From: Chara braunii
Taxonomy: Eukaryota; Plantae; Charophyceae
Length of the DNA stretch: 60,229 nt
Assembly: GCA_003427395.1 (NCBI GenBank)
Contig: BFEA01000043.1
Coordinates: 994,330-1,054,558, forward strand
Direction of reading: 5' to 3'
Made by a program: the position numbers and the translations under genes. Positions 24,510 to 36,147 of the stretch are shown here, in pieces. The notes beneath the pieces were generated by a model, which saw only the letters and a list, made by a program, of their open reading frames with translations, ran no database searches and was not told the origin of the DNA. Each line of letters starts with the position of its first letter. Position 1 is the stretch's first letter.

Positions 24510-25555
24510 TGGATCGGACCGAGATCGGACCCAGAACCGGACCGAAACCGGACAAAGATCGGACCAAGATCGACGGACCAGCATCATCGGTCCCAGATCA
24601 TCGGCCCAAGATCTGACCAGGCTCGGACCAAGACCACACCAAGAGCGGACCAAGACCACACCACGATAGATCCACGGTCGTCGAACCAGATCAGACCCAA
24701 CAATCAAGTCCGCACCGAGACAGGTCCACGATCATCGGACCAAGATCGACGGACCAGCATCATCAGTCCCAGATCATCGGACCAAGATCTGATCAGGCTC
24801 GGACCAAGACCACACCAAGATAGGTCCACGATCGTCGAACCAGATCAGACCCAACAATCAAATCCGGGGAACGAGATCGGACCAAAACCACACCGAGACA
24901 GGTCCACGATCGACGGACCAGCATCGTCAGTCCCAGATCATCGGACCAAGATCTGATCAGGCTCGGACCACGACCACACCAAGATAGGTCCACGATCATC
25001 GAACCAGATCAGACCCAACAATCAAGTCCAGGGAACGAGATCGGACCAAAACCGGACCGAAAACCGGATCGAAAACCGGACCGAAAACCGGATCGAGGGC
25101 GACCCAAGATCGGACCAAGTCCAAAATCAACGGACCAAGATCGGACCGAGTCCAAAATCAACGGACCAAGATCTGACCAGGCTCGACCAAGATGGACTAC
25201 ACCAAGATCGGACCAAAACCGCACCGAGACAGGTCCACGATCATCGGACCAAGATCGGACCAATATCAGACCAAGGTCAGACCAAAACCGGACTATAACC
25301 GGACCAAGATAGGTCCAAGATCAACGGACCAAGACCATCCGTGCGAGATAAACGGTTCATCGGACCAAGATTGTTCCAGAATCGGACCAATATCAGACCA
25401 AGGTCGGACCAAAACCGGACTATAACTAGACCAAAGATAGGTCCAAGATCAACGGACCAAGCAAGATCATCGGTGCGAGATCGACGGTTCGTCGGACCAA
25501 GATTGTTCCAGGATCGGACCAACAGCAGATCAGGACCTGACCGAGACCAGATAAC
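24510..25555. repeat. Degenerate GATCGGACCAA minisatellite flanked by ~70-bp direct repeats
   Basis: Dozens of GATCGGACC/GGACCAAGAT words; flanking TAATTACTCCCTCC...CCATTTTCCTCCTAATTACCTCCT...TAGACCAGACC at ~24406 and ~25571. Confidence 0.85.
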
Positions 25556-26402
25556 GGTCATTCTTTCTCCTAATTACTCCCTCCATCCCCATTTTCCTCC
25601 TAATTACCTCCTGTCCGTAGACCAGACCAGACCAGCGCCGTGTCCCGACTTTCACGACCAAGGACCCAGATAGGAGGAGCAAGGTCGGGACAAAAAGTCC
25701 ATGCCAGGATGATGATTACCAATCATCCTCCCGCTGATGATTGCTGTACACCCGCAATACGGTCCAGCTTCCTCATGGCTGTAGACAGCTCGCGCATTTC
25801 CACCATCTTCATCATCTTTCTTACTACACGTCAGCAATATGATTACAAACCCTTCATCCTCCCATCCCATTCATACGTACTGTACCCGCAATCAGGGCCA
25901 GATTCATCAGTTTTCCTGCAACGTGCGCATTTCCATCCTCCTCCTCCTCTTTCTTGCTCCACGTCGCCGTGATGGTTTCTCATCTCCCTCGTCCTTTTCG
26001 CTTCCACGTCAGCATATGATGACTACTCGTCATCCTCAACCTGATGAGCGTTGTCGCCGCAATCACGCCCAGATTCATCAGCTTCATCATCCTCCACCTG
26101 ATGAGCGCTGTAGCCGCAATCAGGCCCAGATTCATCAGCTTCCGTCAACGCGCAGATTTCCACCGTCTTCCTCTTCTATCCTCTTCCTCGCTCCAAGTCT
26201 GGATGACAATTTTACTTATACCCCTCTTCTTTCTTGCTCCACGCGGCAGCATGATGATCACTCATCATCTTCGGCTTTATTTTCCCGATAAGAAACAAGC
26301 AGTGTTCTTGTATCTTTCTCTGCTTTCATCAGGGGGAGGAGAGCCGCAGGGAGGTTAAAACTTGCAGCAGCGTCTTCTGCTCTACGATTTCCATCACACC
26401 GT

Positions 26403-26468
<66 letters not shown>

Positions 26469-26681
26469 GTGTGTGTGCTTCCCATGTGAAAGGGAAGCGA
26501 GTGCAGAGGGCGACAAGAGAGATGTTAGGTGTACTCACAAGGCGCGGCGTTATTGTGGTCAGCAACATCCACCAAGAATCTCGTGTGCGAGAACTTTTTG
26601 CTCTGTTATTGTTCCTACGATGGCCAGCGATCCGTTCTATCTGCGCGCGGGTGCTCCCCTGCCGCACGCAGCAAAAAAAGT

Positions 26682-26750
<69 letters not shown>

Positions 26751-26878
26751 ATATTGTCACAAGAATATACATATATATATATATATCACGATATATCACG
26801 ACCAGCGATCCGTTCTATACGCGCGCGGGTGCTCCCCTGCCGCGCGCAGCAAAAAGAATGTGTGATGAATGACTCTCG

Positions 26879-26935
<57 letters not shown>

Positions 26936-28137
26936 TGCCCAGCGATCCGTTATATCTGCGCGTGGGTGCTCCCCTGCCGCCTGCAGCAAAAAGAATCTCT
27001 CTCTCTCTCTCTCCTGAGTTACACCCCAGGTTGGACTTGTAGCAACTCGATCCCAGGTTGGGTTTGCAGCAGCGTTTGCTACGCTACCCTGCAATTTCCA
27101 CCGTCATTCTTTTCTCTCATCGTCACATTCGACAGGACAAGAGAAGGCAAAAGAGGAGAAGGAAGGAGAAGGGAGGGAAAGGAAGGAGAACGGAGGAGAA
27201 GGAAGGAGAAGGGAGGAGAAGCGAGGAGAAGGAAGGAGAAAGAGACAAAGGAGGAGACATCATACCTTCCCGGCTCCCGGTCATTATTCTCGTTTAGTAC
27301 CCCCCCTCCCCCCCCCTCATATAGCCCAGCAGTCATTTCCCAAGAAACCACCTCCACAATGGAGAAACCATCTTTTTTCTCTCTCTCCTTGTGACATTCG
27401 GAAGGGGATGGAGAAGGAGCAGGGGGGCCAAGGGAGGAGTGGAGAGGACTGGAACATTCTCCCAAGAAAACACCTCCACAACGAAGGAGGAGGGGCACGA
27501 CGAGGAGGATGATGCACCGGAGATCATTGTCTCGAGAATCCGCCCTCCACGAGGAAGGAGGAGAACCCTCTTCTACTTCTCCTCCTCCTCCTCCTCCTCC
27601 TCCTCCTCCTTTCCAACGACCTTTTTGATAATTATAGCTAATTATAGCTCAACCCTCATAAGCAAAGCTCTCGACAATAGCCGCAATGAACACGAAGCTG
27701 GATATAAGGACCAGAGGAGGAAAGAGACGTGGGTGTCGGCAATACCGAGGGAGGATGAGGAGGGGTTTAAACTTTAAACAGGGTATCAAGATGCGATGGA
27801 GAGGAACACAAGAAGATAAGGAGAGGGAGGAAGAGGAGACGAAGATGGGGAGGAAGCGGACATGAAGAGGGGGGATAGATTAAATGCTGGACCCCCGACG
27901 AACAAAAAGCTGATGAATCCGGACATCATTAGAGCCACATTCAGCTTGCAGTTCAAGAGGGTATTTTAAAAAATGTGAAGAGGGGAGGGAGAGGAGAGGA
28001 AGAGGAGAAGAAGAAAACGACGAGAGGAAGAGGAAGAGGGAGGGAGGGAGGGAGAGGCAATCAATCAATCAAAAGAGGGTGCAATCAATCAAAAGAGGGT
28101 GCAACGAATCCTTGGGAGTTCTTTGTATTACGTATTA

Positions 28138-28980
28138 TTACCTCCTTCTCCCAACCTTGGAAGAAGGGCTCAACTTCCTGAAGCTTCCATGAGCCCCGAC
28201 GAACAAAAGGCTGATGAATCCAGACATCATGAGAGCCACATTCAGCTTGCAGTAGAGTGCAACGACCCATGTCAAGATCCATAACATACCCCTTAACCCT
28301 TTGTATAGCGTCTTTTGCGGATCCAGACGCTGCCTAAGAACGTAGCTGTGGAATGAACCCCAAACCCACATCAAAAACCCTAATCCAAGAAGAGCGATTG
28401 GCTTTCTACACAGAACAGAGAGAAGAACAAGCAAGGTAATTACAAGGTAGTTTCCCATGAACTTTCGTAGATTAATTTGCAGACGGAGTTTCGCTTCCTC
28501 CCAGTCGATGGGCCAGGAGTAGGAGGAATAAGAAGGAGAGGAGGTGGAGGTGGAGGTCTCACCACCTCCCCCAGTCGGGACCGTACCGTCCGACAAAAAC
28601 TCGTCTGTCCATGAACAAGGCGATCTGGTCAGGTCTTGATACGTCAAATCATCAACAATGGACCACAAGCTGCCAAATGAGAAACCGTCACGTGTCGTCA
28701 TTGCTGACGTGGCACCGACAGGTGGTGGCATCGACGACCTGGAAGAAATCGAATGCTCTGCGGAATGCACAGAACGGGACGACGAGGACCCACGACGACC
28801 TCCTCCCCCGCCACTCCCTCTCCTCCATAGCAAGCCTACTCCCCTCTTCTTCCCCCTCTCTCTCTCTTGCCCATCTCCATCATCTGCTTCATCCATCAAG
28901 TGCTCTCTCACCTCTCTCAGCCATGACTGGAAAGCCGGATCTGGAATCGAGAGAGACAGCGGATTCTCCTCGAACGCCAT
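28138..28980 (-). CDS. PRA1H: PRA1 family protein (prenylated Rab acceptor 1), PRA1.H-like, 280 aa, single uninterrupted ORF
   Basis: N-terminus MAFEENPLSLSIPDPAFQSWLRE resembles the plant PRA1.H start (MAFSPNPLSLSVPDPAFESWLR, recalled). PRA1 core motif W..EF...SYSWP....EAKLRLQINLRKFMGNY, two hydrophobic hairpins, and C-terminal HGSFRKLSPSSK are present. Confidence 0.9.
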   Translation of the reverse strand: MAFEENPLSLSIPDPAFQSWLREVREHLMDEADDGDGQERERGKKRGVGLLWRRGSGGGGGRRGSSSSRSVHSAEHSISSRSSMPPPVGATSAMTTRDGFSFGSLWSIVDDLTYQDLTRSPCSWTDEFLSDGTVPTGGGGETSTSTSSPSYSSYSWPIDWEEAKLRLQINLRKFMGNYLVITLLVLLSVLCRKPIALLGLGFLMWVWGSFHSYVLRQRLDPQKTLYKGLRGMLWILTWVVALYCKLNVALMMSGFISLLFVGAHGSFRKLSPSSKVGRRR

Positions 28981-29084
28981 CTCTCTCTCTCTCTCTCTCT
29001 CTCCCTCTCTCCCGGCCCCCCCCCAAAGACGTTACTGCCAAAGAAACACCTATCACTCTCGCTCCCTACCGGCCCCACCTCTCT

Positions 29085-29159
<75 letters not shown>
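28981..29159 (-). repeat. (GA)n/(CT)n microsatellites directly 5' of the PRA1H ATG
   Basis: CT runs abut the start codon and continue into the gap at 29160. Confidence 0.9.
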
Positions 29160-29564
29160 NNNNNNNNNNNNNNNNNNNNNNNNNNNNNNNNNNNNNNNNN
29201 NNNNNNNNNNNNNNNNNNNNNNNNNNNNNNNNNNNNNNNNNNNNNNNNNNNNNNNNNNNNNNNNNNNNNNNNNNNNNNNNNNNNNNNNNNNNNNNNNNNN
29301 NNNNNNNNNNNNNNNNNNNNNNNNNNNNNNNNNNNNNNNNNNNNNNNNNNNNNNNNNNNNNNNNNNNNNNNNNNNNNNNNNNNNNNNNNNNNNNNNNNNN
29401 NNNNNNNNNNNNNNNNNNNNNNNNNNNNNNNNNNNNNNNNNNNNNNNNNNNNNNNNNNNNNNNNNNNNNNNNNNNNNNNNNNNNNNNNNNNNNNNNNNNN
29501 NNNNNNNNNNNNNNNNNNNNNNNNNNNNNNNNNNNNNNNNNNNNNNNNNNNNNNNNNNNNNNNN

Positions 29565-31480
29565 CTCCGACGCAGCCCGTGTGATTCCTCTGTGGCTTTA
29601 CGATTAACTGGCCCAATTAACAGACGACAAGTGGTCGCAAAGAGACAGACAGAGAAAGGTTATGTGACTGCATATACATATATATGTAGAAAGAGAGAGA
29701 GAGAGAGAGCCCATGTGACTGAATGACGTCCTCTTGGTCACGACAGCGTCGCCTGCACGTGCACGAAAGGCGAGATCTTCGGAAGGCCGAGAGATCCTGT
29801 TGATTGCCCCGTCGATTAACCCCGTTGATTACCCCGTCGATTACCCCATCGATTCCTTCGATTCACTTTGATTTCCCCGTGATGCGCACGGTACGCCGAG
29901 ATTCGCAATCTGGTCAGAGAACGGAGAAATTCCGCACCGAAGCGCAACTTCTTGGCACCATGATGACGTGGCACGCGCACACACAGAAGAGGCGATCATA
30001 GCAAGACTGTGATTGACCAGTGGTGATTACCTCTACGTGGCGCACCGTCGATTTCAATTGAATTGGATTGAAAAACGCTGACGCTGTTCACAGTCCTTCC
30101 CCGCATCGATTGGCGACCAATAAATCAACCAATCCAAGAAAATCCAATCAATCAATCAATCCAGTACAATCCAATCAATCAGCCAATCAATCGAAATCGA
30201 CAATGATTGTGAGACCGAGAAACCAATCCCTCCTTGCTCCTCCGTATCGCGTTAGAGATCAATCAGCGGACCGATACACGATAAATAGACACGTGGCGTG
30301 CGGTGGGTGCATCTTCGCTAACGCCACGTGGACATCCCGCTCAGGGATCTGAGAACGTACAACCGGGTACTCAGATCCCGATCAGGTCGACTTCAGAGAG
30401 GGTCCGCGAGCAATCGCGCACTCGTTCCAGGATTTTATCTCCCCTGAATGTATGTGGCCACCATTGAAGCGATAGTCGTACCGGGATTGTGCCCTCTGAG
30501 AGAAGCAATCCCATCATCCCACGAATCGCCATGACTTCAGGAGTATACCAATTTGCGAGACGATAAAAGACGGGTCGCCACGTGGCCAATCATCTACTCC
30601 TGTCATCTCTCCCACTAATTAGTCCGTTACATCAATCAACAGCCGGACGCTAAGCGCGCCGTTTCAGCGACTTCCGATGACCTGGCGAAGGGGGAACGCA
30701 CATCCACTAACGTGGCGCGCAGGTGGCGCGCAAGTGGCGCGCAAATGGCGCTGAAGTGGCGCGCAGACCTCGCCGCAATTCACGTCTCCGGACTTTGGAA
30801 TATCAGTTCTGCTGACGTGGCACACCCATGACAAGGAATTCGGTCACTGGTGACTGATAATGTCCTCGTCGACGACGATGACAATGGACAGCATATGGAT
30901 GATGTCACGGCGCGCAGCGGGCTACACAGAACGTTTCAGAGGGCGACTGCGGTTGATTAGCTCTGCTGACGCGGCGCAGCCATTGATGGTTGGCGCAGCT
31001 GGCGACACGTGGCACGTGATGACGCGGCAGAATGGCGATTCGCAGAGGTCGACTTTCGAAGTTCAGCACTGCTGACGTGACCCACTCATGCCGAGGCACG
31101 TGGCCGCTGATGACGTCAACGTCGACGCCGACCGGAGGACATTGATGACGAGGCGCGTCGGCGGCGCAGGGCGCGCAACGCGTGGCACATTTTCCCGACC
31201 AAGGACGGCGGAATAGCCAACCCCAACCTTATTACCCCTTCTGCTAAGGGAGGTGGGGGGGGGGGGGTAGATTAGATAGATGACATGTGAGGGCTGATTG
31301 GCTCTGAAAAGACGACAAAACACTTGGGCGCGTCTCTTTTGCTCCTTGGGGACTTCCGTTTCGGGAAAGCGAGCGTACGGACGCAGCCGTTGGACTCTAC
31401 GAACGTGGACGACATCCTCGATAACGGTATGGGCGCGTATTGGGGGGCCGAAGGGAACCGTCATTCAGGCTAAATACATC
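29565..31480 (-). promoter_or_regulatory. Putative upstream regulatory region of PRA1H: CpG-rich, TE-poor, cluster of ACGTGGC (ABRE/G-box) motifs
   Basis: ACGTGGC on either strand at 29966, 30035, 30291, 30323, 30577 (palindrome GCCACGTGGC), 30710, 30815, 31007 and 31098; lies 5' of the minus-strand gene. Confidence 0.55.
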
Positions 31481-33625
31481 CTGATTGACAGTGCGAAAAG
31501 TGGGTCACAGTCCAGCCTGAGAGCCAAAACAGCAACATCACTTTTCTCGAAAAAAACAAAAAAAAAAAACAGCAACATCTATGTATGTATCTGTGTGTAA
31601 CTGCCACCAGCCAGTGGTTAGCAGAGCACTATTTTTCCTCTCCGCAGAGCCTCTGGGCGAGGTCCCACTAAGCCTCTTATGGATTCTGAAGATCAAATAT
31701 CGAATTTTTGGCCCACTGAAGGTCTCCGGCCCGAGTCCGGGCAAACCTTTTCTTTCTTCTATCAGCAGAGCCTCTGGGCGAGGTCCCACCAACCCGACTC
31801 TACTGTTCGAGTCTTGTCGGAAACAGGTGAAAAGAAAAAACCACTGAACAGTCCACAGATGCAACTGTTGATAAATTGTCTACAGCGTGAGCGTGGGGAA
31901 AGCAGCCCTAAGGTAGCCAAAGCAACTGGACAAGGGTGCATCCAANNNNNNNNNNNNNNNNNNNNNNNNNNNNNNNNNNNNNNNNNNNNNNNNNNNNNNN
32001 NNNNNNNNNNNNNNNNNNNNNNNNNNNNNNNNNNNNNNNNNNNNNNNNNNNNNNNNNNNNNNNNNNNNNNNNNNNNNNNNNNNNNNNNNNNNNNNNNNNN
32101 NNNNNNNNNNNNNNNNNNNNNNNNNNNNNNNNNNNNNNNNNNNNNNNNNNNNNNNNNNNNNNNNNNNNNNNNNNNNNNNNNNNNNNNNNNNNNNNNNNNN
32201 NNNNNNNNNNNNNNNNNNNNNNNNNNNNNNNNNNNNNNNNNNNNNNNNNNNNNNNNNNNNNNNNNNNNNNNNNNNNNNNNNNNNNNNNNNNNNNNNNNNN
32301 NNNNNNNNNNNNNNNNNNNNNNNNNNNNNNNNNNNNNNNNNNNNNNNNNNNNNNNNNNNNNNNNNNNNNNNNNNNNNNNNNNNNNNNNNNNNNNNNNNNN
32401 NNNNNNNNNNNNNNNNNNNNNNNNNNNNNNNNNNNNNNNNNNNNNNNNNNNNNNNNNNNNNNNNNNNNNNNNNNNNNNNNNNNNNNNNNNNNNNNNNNNN
32501 NNNNNNNNNNNNNNNNNNNNNNNNNNNNNNNNNNNNNNNNNNNNNNNNNNNNNNNNNNNNNNNNNNNNNNNNNNNNNNNNNNNNNNNNNNNNNNNNNNNN
32601 NNNNNNNNNNNNNNNNNNNNNNNNNNNNNNNNNNNNNNNNNNNNNNNNNNNNNNNNNNNNNNNNNNNNNNNNNNNNNNNNNNNNNNNNNNNNNNNGAGAG
32701 AGAGAGAGAAGAGAGGAGGCTGAATGGCAAAAATGGAATATGGGTCGAATTGTGGCCGCGATCTATTTCGCGGATGAAATGCTTTTTTTTTATTTATTTA
32801 ATATTTTTCCTGGAAAGATCGCAACAAAATCTACGAGCACTCCAATTTTCAGCTTTTTCCATGAATTCTTCTGAGCGTGAAAAATCACTGAAGTTGGGAT
32901 ACTTTTTTCATTGGCCCACACATGGTTGAGTGGCAAAAATGGAAATGTGCCCGATCGGTGCGGCAATTATTTCGTCCTGGAAAGACCACGACCTAATCTA
33001 CGGATTCTCAAATTTTCAGATTTTTTTGTGAGTTTCTCAAATTTTCATATTTTTTTGTGAGTTTCTCAAATTTTCAGATTTTTTTGCGAGTTCCTCTGAG
33101 CACAAAAAATCGCAAAAGTTGCCTCTTGCACCGGACGCCGGTTTCATTGTGCCTTCCTGCGTCCTCCCAGCGTTGACCTCCCTGTTTTGAGAAGAACGGC
33201 CTGAACGCCTGGGCCTGAGGGCCCTTTTGCAGTTCACATGCAAGGGAGGACCGGTCCTCCAATTTTGCCACCGCGTCGGTTCTAAGCACGATAGCTGTAG
33301 GTAGTCCGTAAAAACATGGTGGACCGGTCCCCCAACAACTTTCACCCTGTTAGAACCCACTCATGCGCCGGTCCTCCGCCACTGAAAATGTGCCACCTTG
33401 ACAGGGACGCCGAAGCCTACTATACCGCAGCCTTAGGGCTGCGAACTGATAATGAGTTCGTGTATCAAATAGTAGAGCTACCCAGGAACACACACACCTG
33501 CGGAAAGGCCTGCGGAAAGCCTGGGAAAGGCATACCGTTTGGCACCGAGGGCTTTTTCAGACCCCACAGGCTGTAGGTTTAGTCCCAGATGTCAATATGG
33601 TGAAATCCTCGCAGGTGAACCTTGA

Positions 33626-33775
33626 ACCACCAGAACTTGGCCCAGCTATAGGCCGCGGAAAAACAAATAGAGTAGAAACATTTCTAGTCGTATGAATCTG
33701 GACGCTCCTGTAGTGGCCAGTACATTTCCTAAAATTGTGGCTCGATAATGGGCACAATTTTTTTTCAGTGGTGGT
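33626..33775. mobile_element. TTAA-family element abutting a second copy
   Basis: ACCACCAGAACTTGGCCCAGCTATAGGCCGCGG ... GGTGGT|TTAA. Confidence 0.65.
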
Positions 33776-33779
33776 TTAA

Positions 33780-35821
33780 ACCACCAGTACTTGGCCCAGC
33801 TATTGATGCCGAGCCTAAATATGCCCTGCGCGCCAAGCTTTGCCGAGCCTGGAAGGGGCGGGAACCGGTAGGGGGCATTTTGTGGTTGGCACAGGTACCG
33901 CCCCTTGTGCTGGACCTGCAACCAGCAGCTGGTACGAAACGGGGTAGCTGTTTTCACTCGTACATTGGCCCACGCCGGCCACAAGTGAGAAACGGCCAAC
34001 TAACTTCTGCCAAAAAGAGAAAAAAACAACTAAAAAAGGCAAGAAGGGTGCTCTCAGCTCTGTCAGAGGCCCGCCTCTCACGGTGGGCAGAAGGAAGTGC
34101 TCTGTGGCGACTCTCGAAACGTGAAGGCATGAGACCGAATCCTCCAATGGAATATGAAAAGATACATTTTCGGTTTTTTAGCAGTCCTGTAGTAGTGTAG
34201 AGAGACACAACCGAGCTGGCCCTTCGTCTGCCCGCCTGCCCGGCGCTCTGGCAACACTCAAGGGCGTTATCTCACTCCGTTTGGCCGCCAAGTGGCGGGT
34301 ACGACTTTGTTTTTTGGGAAAAGTTGTCTGGCGCCCCTGTATTTTCAATTTATTTGCATCGCGCCCCTCCGACATGCAAAATACCCTGCCGCGCCCCTCT
34401 GACCAGTAGTGAAATGTTTCATAAACCCCTGGTGTCGTTTGGGCCTCACATTGTTTTGTAGTGCCCCTACCGGTACCCACGGCAAATTTGTGTCATGCCC
34501 CTACCGGATAGCCATTGTGAAAATTTCCCATATGCCCCTACCGGTACCGTCAATCTGTTCACTGTGCCCCTGTCGCCGTTGGAGGCACTCAGGATCAACC
34601 TGACCNNNNNNNNNNNNNNNNNNNNNNNNNNNNNNNNNNNNNNNNNNNNNNNNNNNNNNNNNNNNNNNNNNNNNNNNNNNNNNNNNNNNNNNNNNNNNNN
34701 NNNNNNNNNNNNNNNNNNNNNNNNNNNNNNNNNNNNNNNNNNNNNNNNNNNNNNNNNNNNNNNNNNNNNNNNNNNNNNNNNNNNNNNNNNNNNNNNNNNN
34801 NNNNNNNNNNNNNNNNNNNNNNNNNNNNNNNNNNNNNNNNNNNNNNNNNNNNNNNNNNNNNNNNNNNNNNNNNNNNNNNNNNNNNNNNNNNNNNNNNNNN
34901 NNNNNNNNNNNNNNNNNNNNNNNNNNNNNNNNNNNNNNNNNNNNNNNNNNNNNNNNNNNNNNNNNNNNNNNNNNNNNNNNNNNNNNNNNNNNNNNNNNNN
35001 NNNNNNNNNNNNNNNNNNNNNNNNNNNNNNNNNNNNNNNNNNNNNNNNNNNNNNNNNNNNNNNNNNNNNNNNNNNNNNNNNNNNNNNNNNNNNNNNNNNN
35101 NNNNNNNNNNNNNNNNNNNNNNNNNNNNNNNNNNNNNNNNNNNNNNNNNNNNNNNNNNNNNNNNNNNNNNNNNNNNNNNNNNNNNNNNNNNNNNNNNNNN
35201 NNNNNNNNNNNNNNNNNNNNNNNNNNNNNNNNNNNNNNNNNNNNNNNNNNNNNNNNNNNNNNNNNNNNNNNNNNNNNNNNNNNNNNNNNNNNNNNNNNNN
35301 NNNNNNNNNNNNNNNNNNNNNNNNNNNNNNNNNNNNNNNNNNNNNNNNNNNNNNNNNNNNGAGGGCATATGGCACATAGCCCAATGAAATGGGACCGCCC
35401 GTTGAGGGAGGGCGTCATGGAAAGTTGCGCCACTACCGACGGGGGCCTGCCAGAAAGATTTTCAGGCCCAGGGGCGCGGCAGGGTATTTCGCATGTCGGA
35501 GGGGCGCGACGCAAATAAATGGAAAATACAGGGGCGCCAGACAAATTTTCCCTTGTTTTTTTNTTCTTTTTTTTTTTTTCCTGCACTTGTCTCGTTTTCA
35601 TTTGTTTTTTTTTGTTTTTTTTTATGGCCTATACTGCGCCTGTGCATTGTTTCCACACGCACGATATAAACCAAGGGGACAGACTGCATTCCATTTGTGA
35701 TTTTCCTTGGGCCCAATGACTTCTTCCTCCATAGCACTACCGGGCCTTCCCCGAAGCCCGGAAAACCCGTAGCGTTAACGCTAAGGGGCCGCGGCCGATG
35801 TATGGGCCAAGTACTGGTGGT
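33780..35821. mobile_element. Longer TTAA-family element (~2 kb including gap and nested repeat)
   Basis: TTAA|ACCACCAGTACTTGGCCCAGC at 33780 and GGGCCAAGTACTGGTGGT|TTAA at 35821; ends correspond to those of the 9309-9509 copy in reverse orientation. Confidence 0.7.
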
Positions 35822-36115
35822 TTAAGTTTGTAGAAGCTGAAAGCAAGGGTTTTAGGCAAAGAAAAAAACATCCCTTTTCCCCCCGTTTTTCAATTTTCAT
35901 TAGAAAGCCAAATAAAATTGTGTCAATCAATATCTGACCAAAACAATAGAAAATAGCAAACACCATGATCTCTCTAACACCAGGCATGAGGTCCCATCAG
36001 CAAAGTTTCCCCTCCAATATCTCTTCTTGGAAGTAATGTGATCAATGTGTTTAAGAAAAGAAAAAAGAAAAGAAAAGAACAACAAATAAAACTCACCTCT
36101 GGTAAACAAACCAAC

Positions 36116-36147
<32 letters not shown>

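Noticed and set aside
26041-26140. CTGATGAG repeats as hammerhead ribozymes
   Set aside because: No downstream GAAA core; CTGATGA simply pairs with TCATCAG in a ~57-bp tandem repeat.
26623-26992. CRISPR array
   Set aside because: Eukaryotic context, spacers are microsatellites of unequal length, and there are no cas genes.
31612-31847. hAT-like MITE (CAGTGGTT...AACCACTG)
   Set aside because: Only an 8-bp inverted match, no 8-bp TSD and no second copy in the window.
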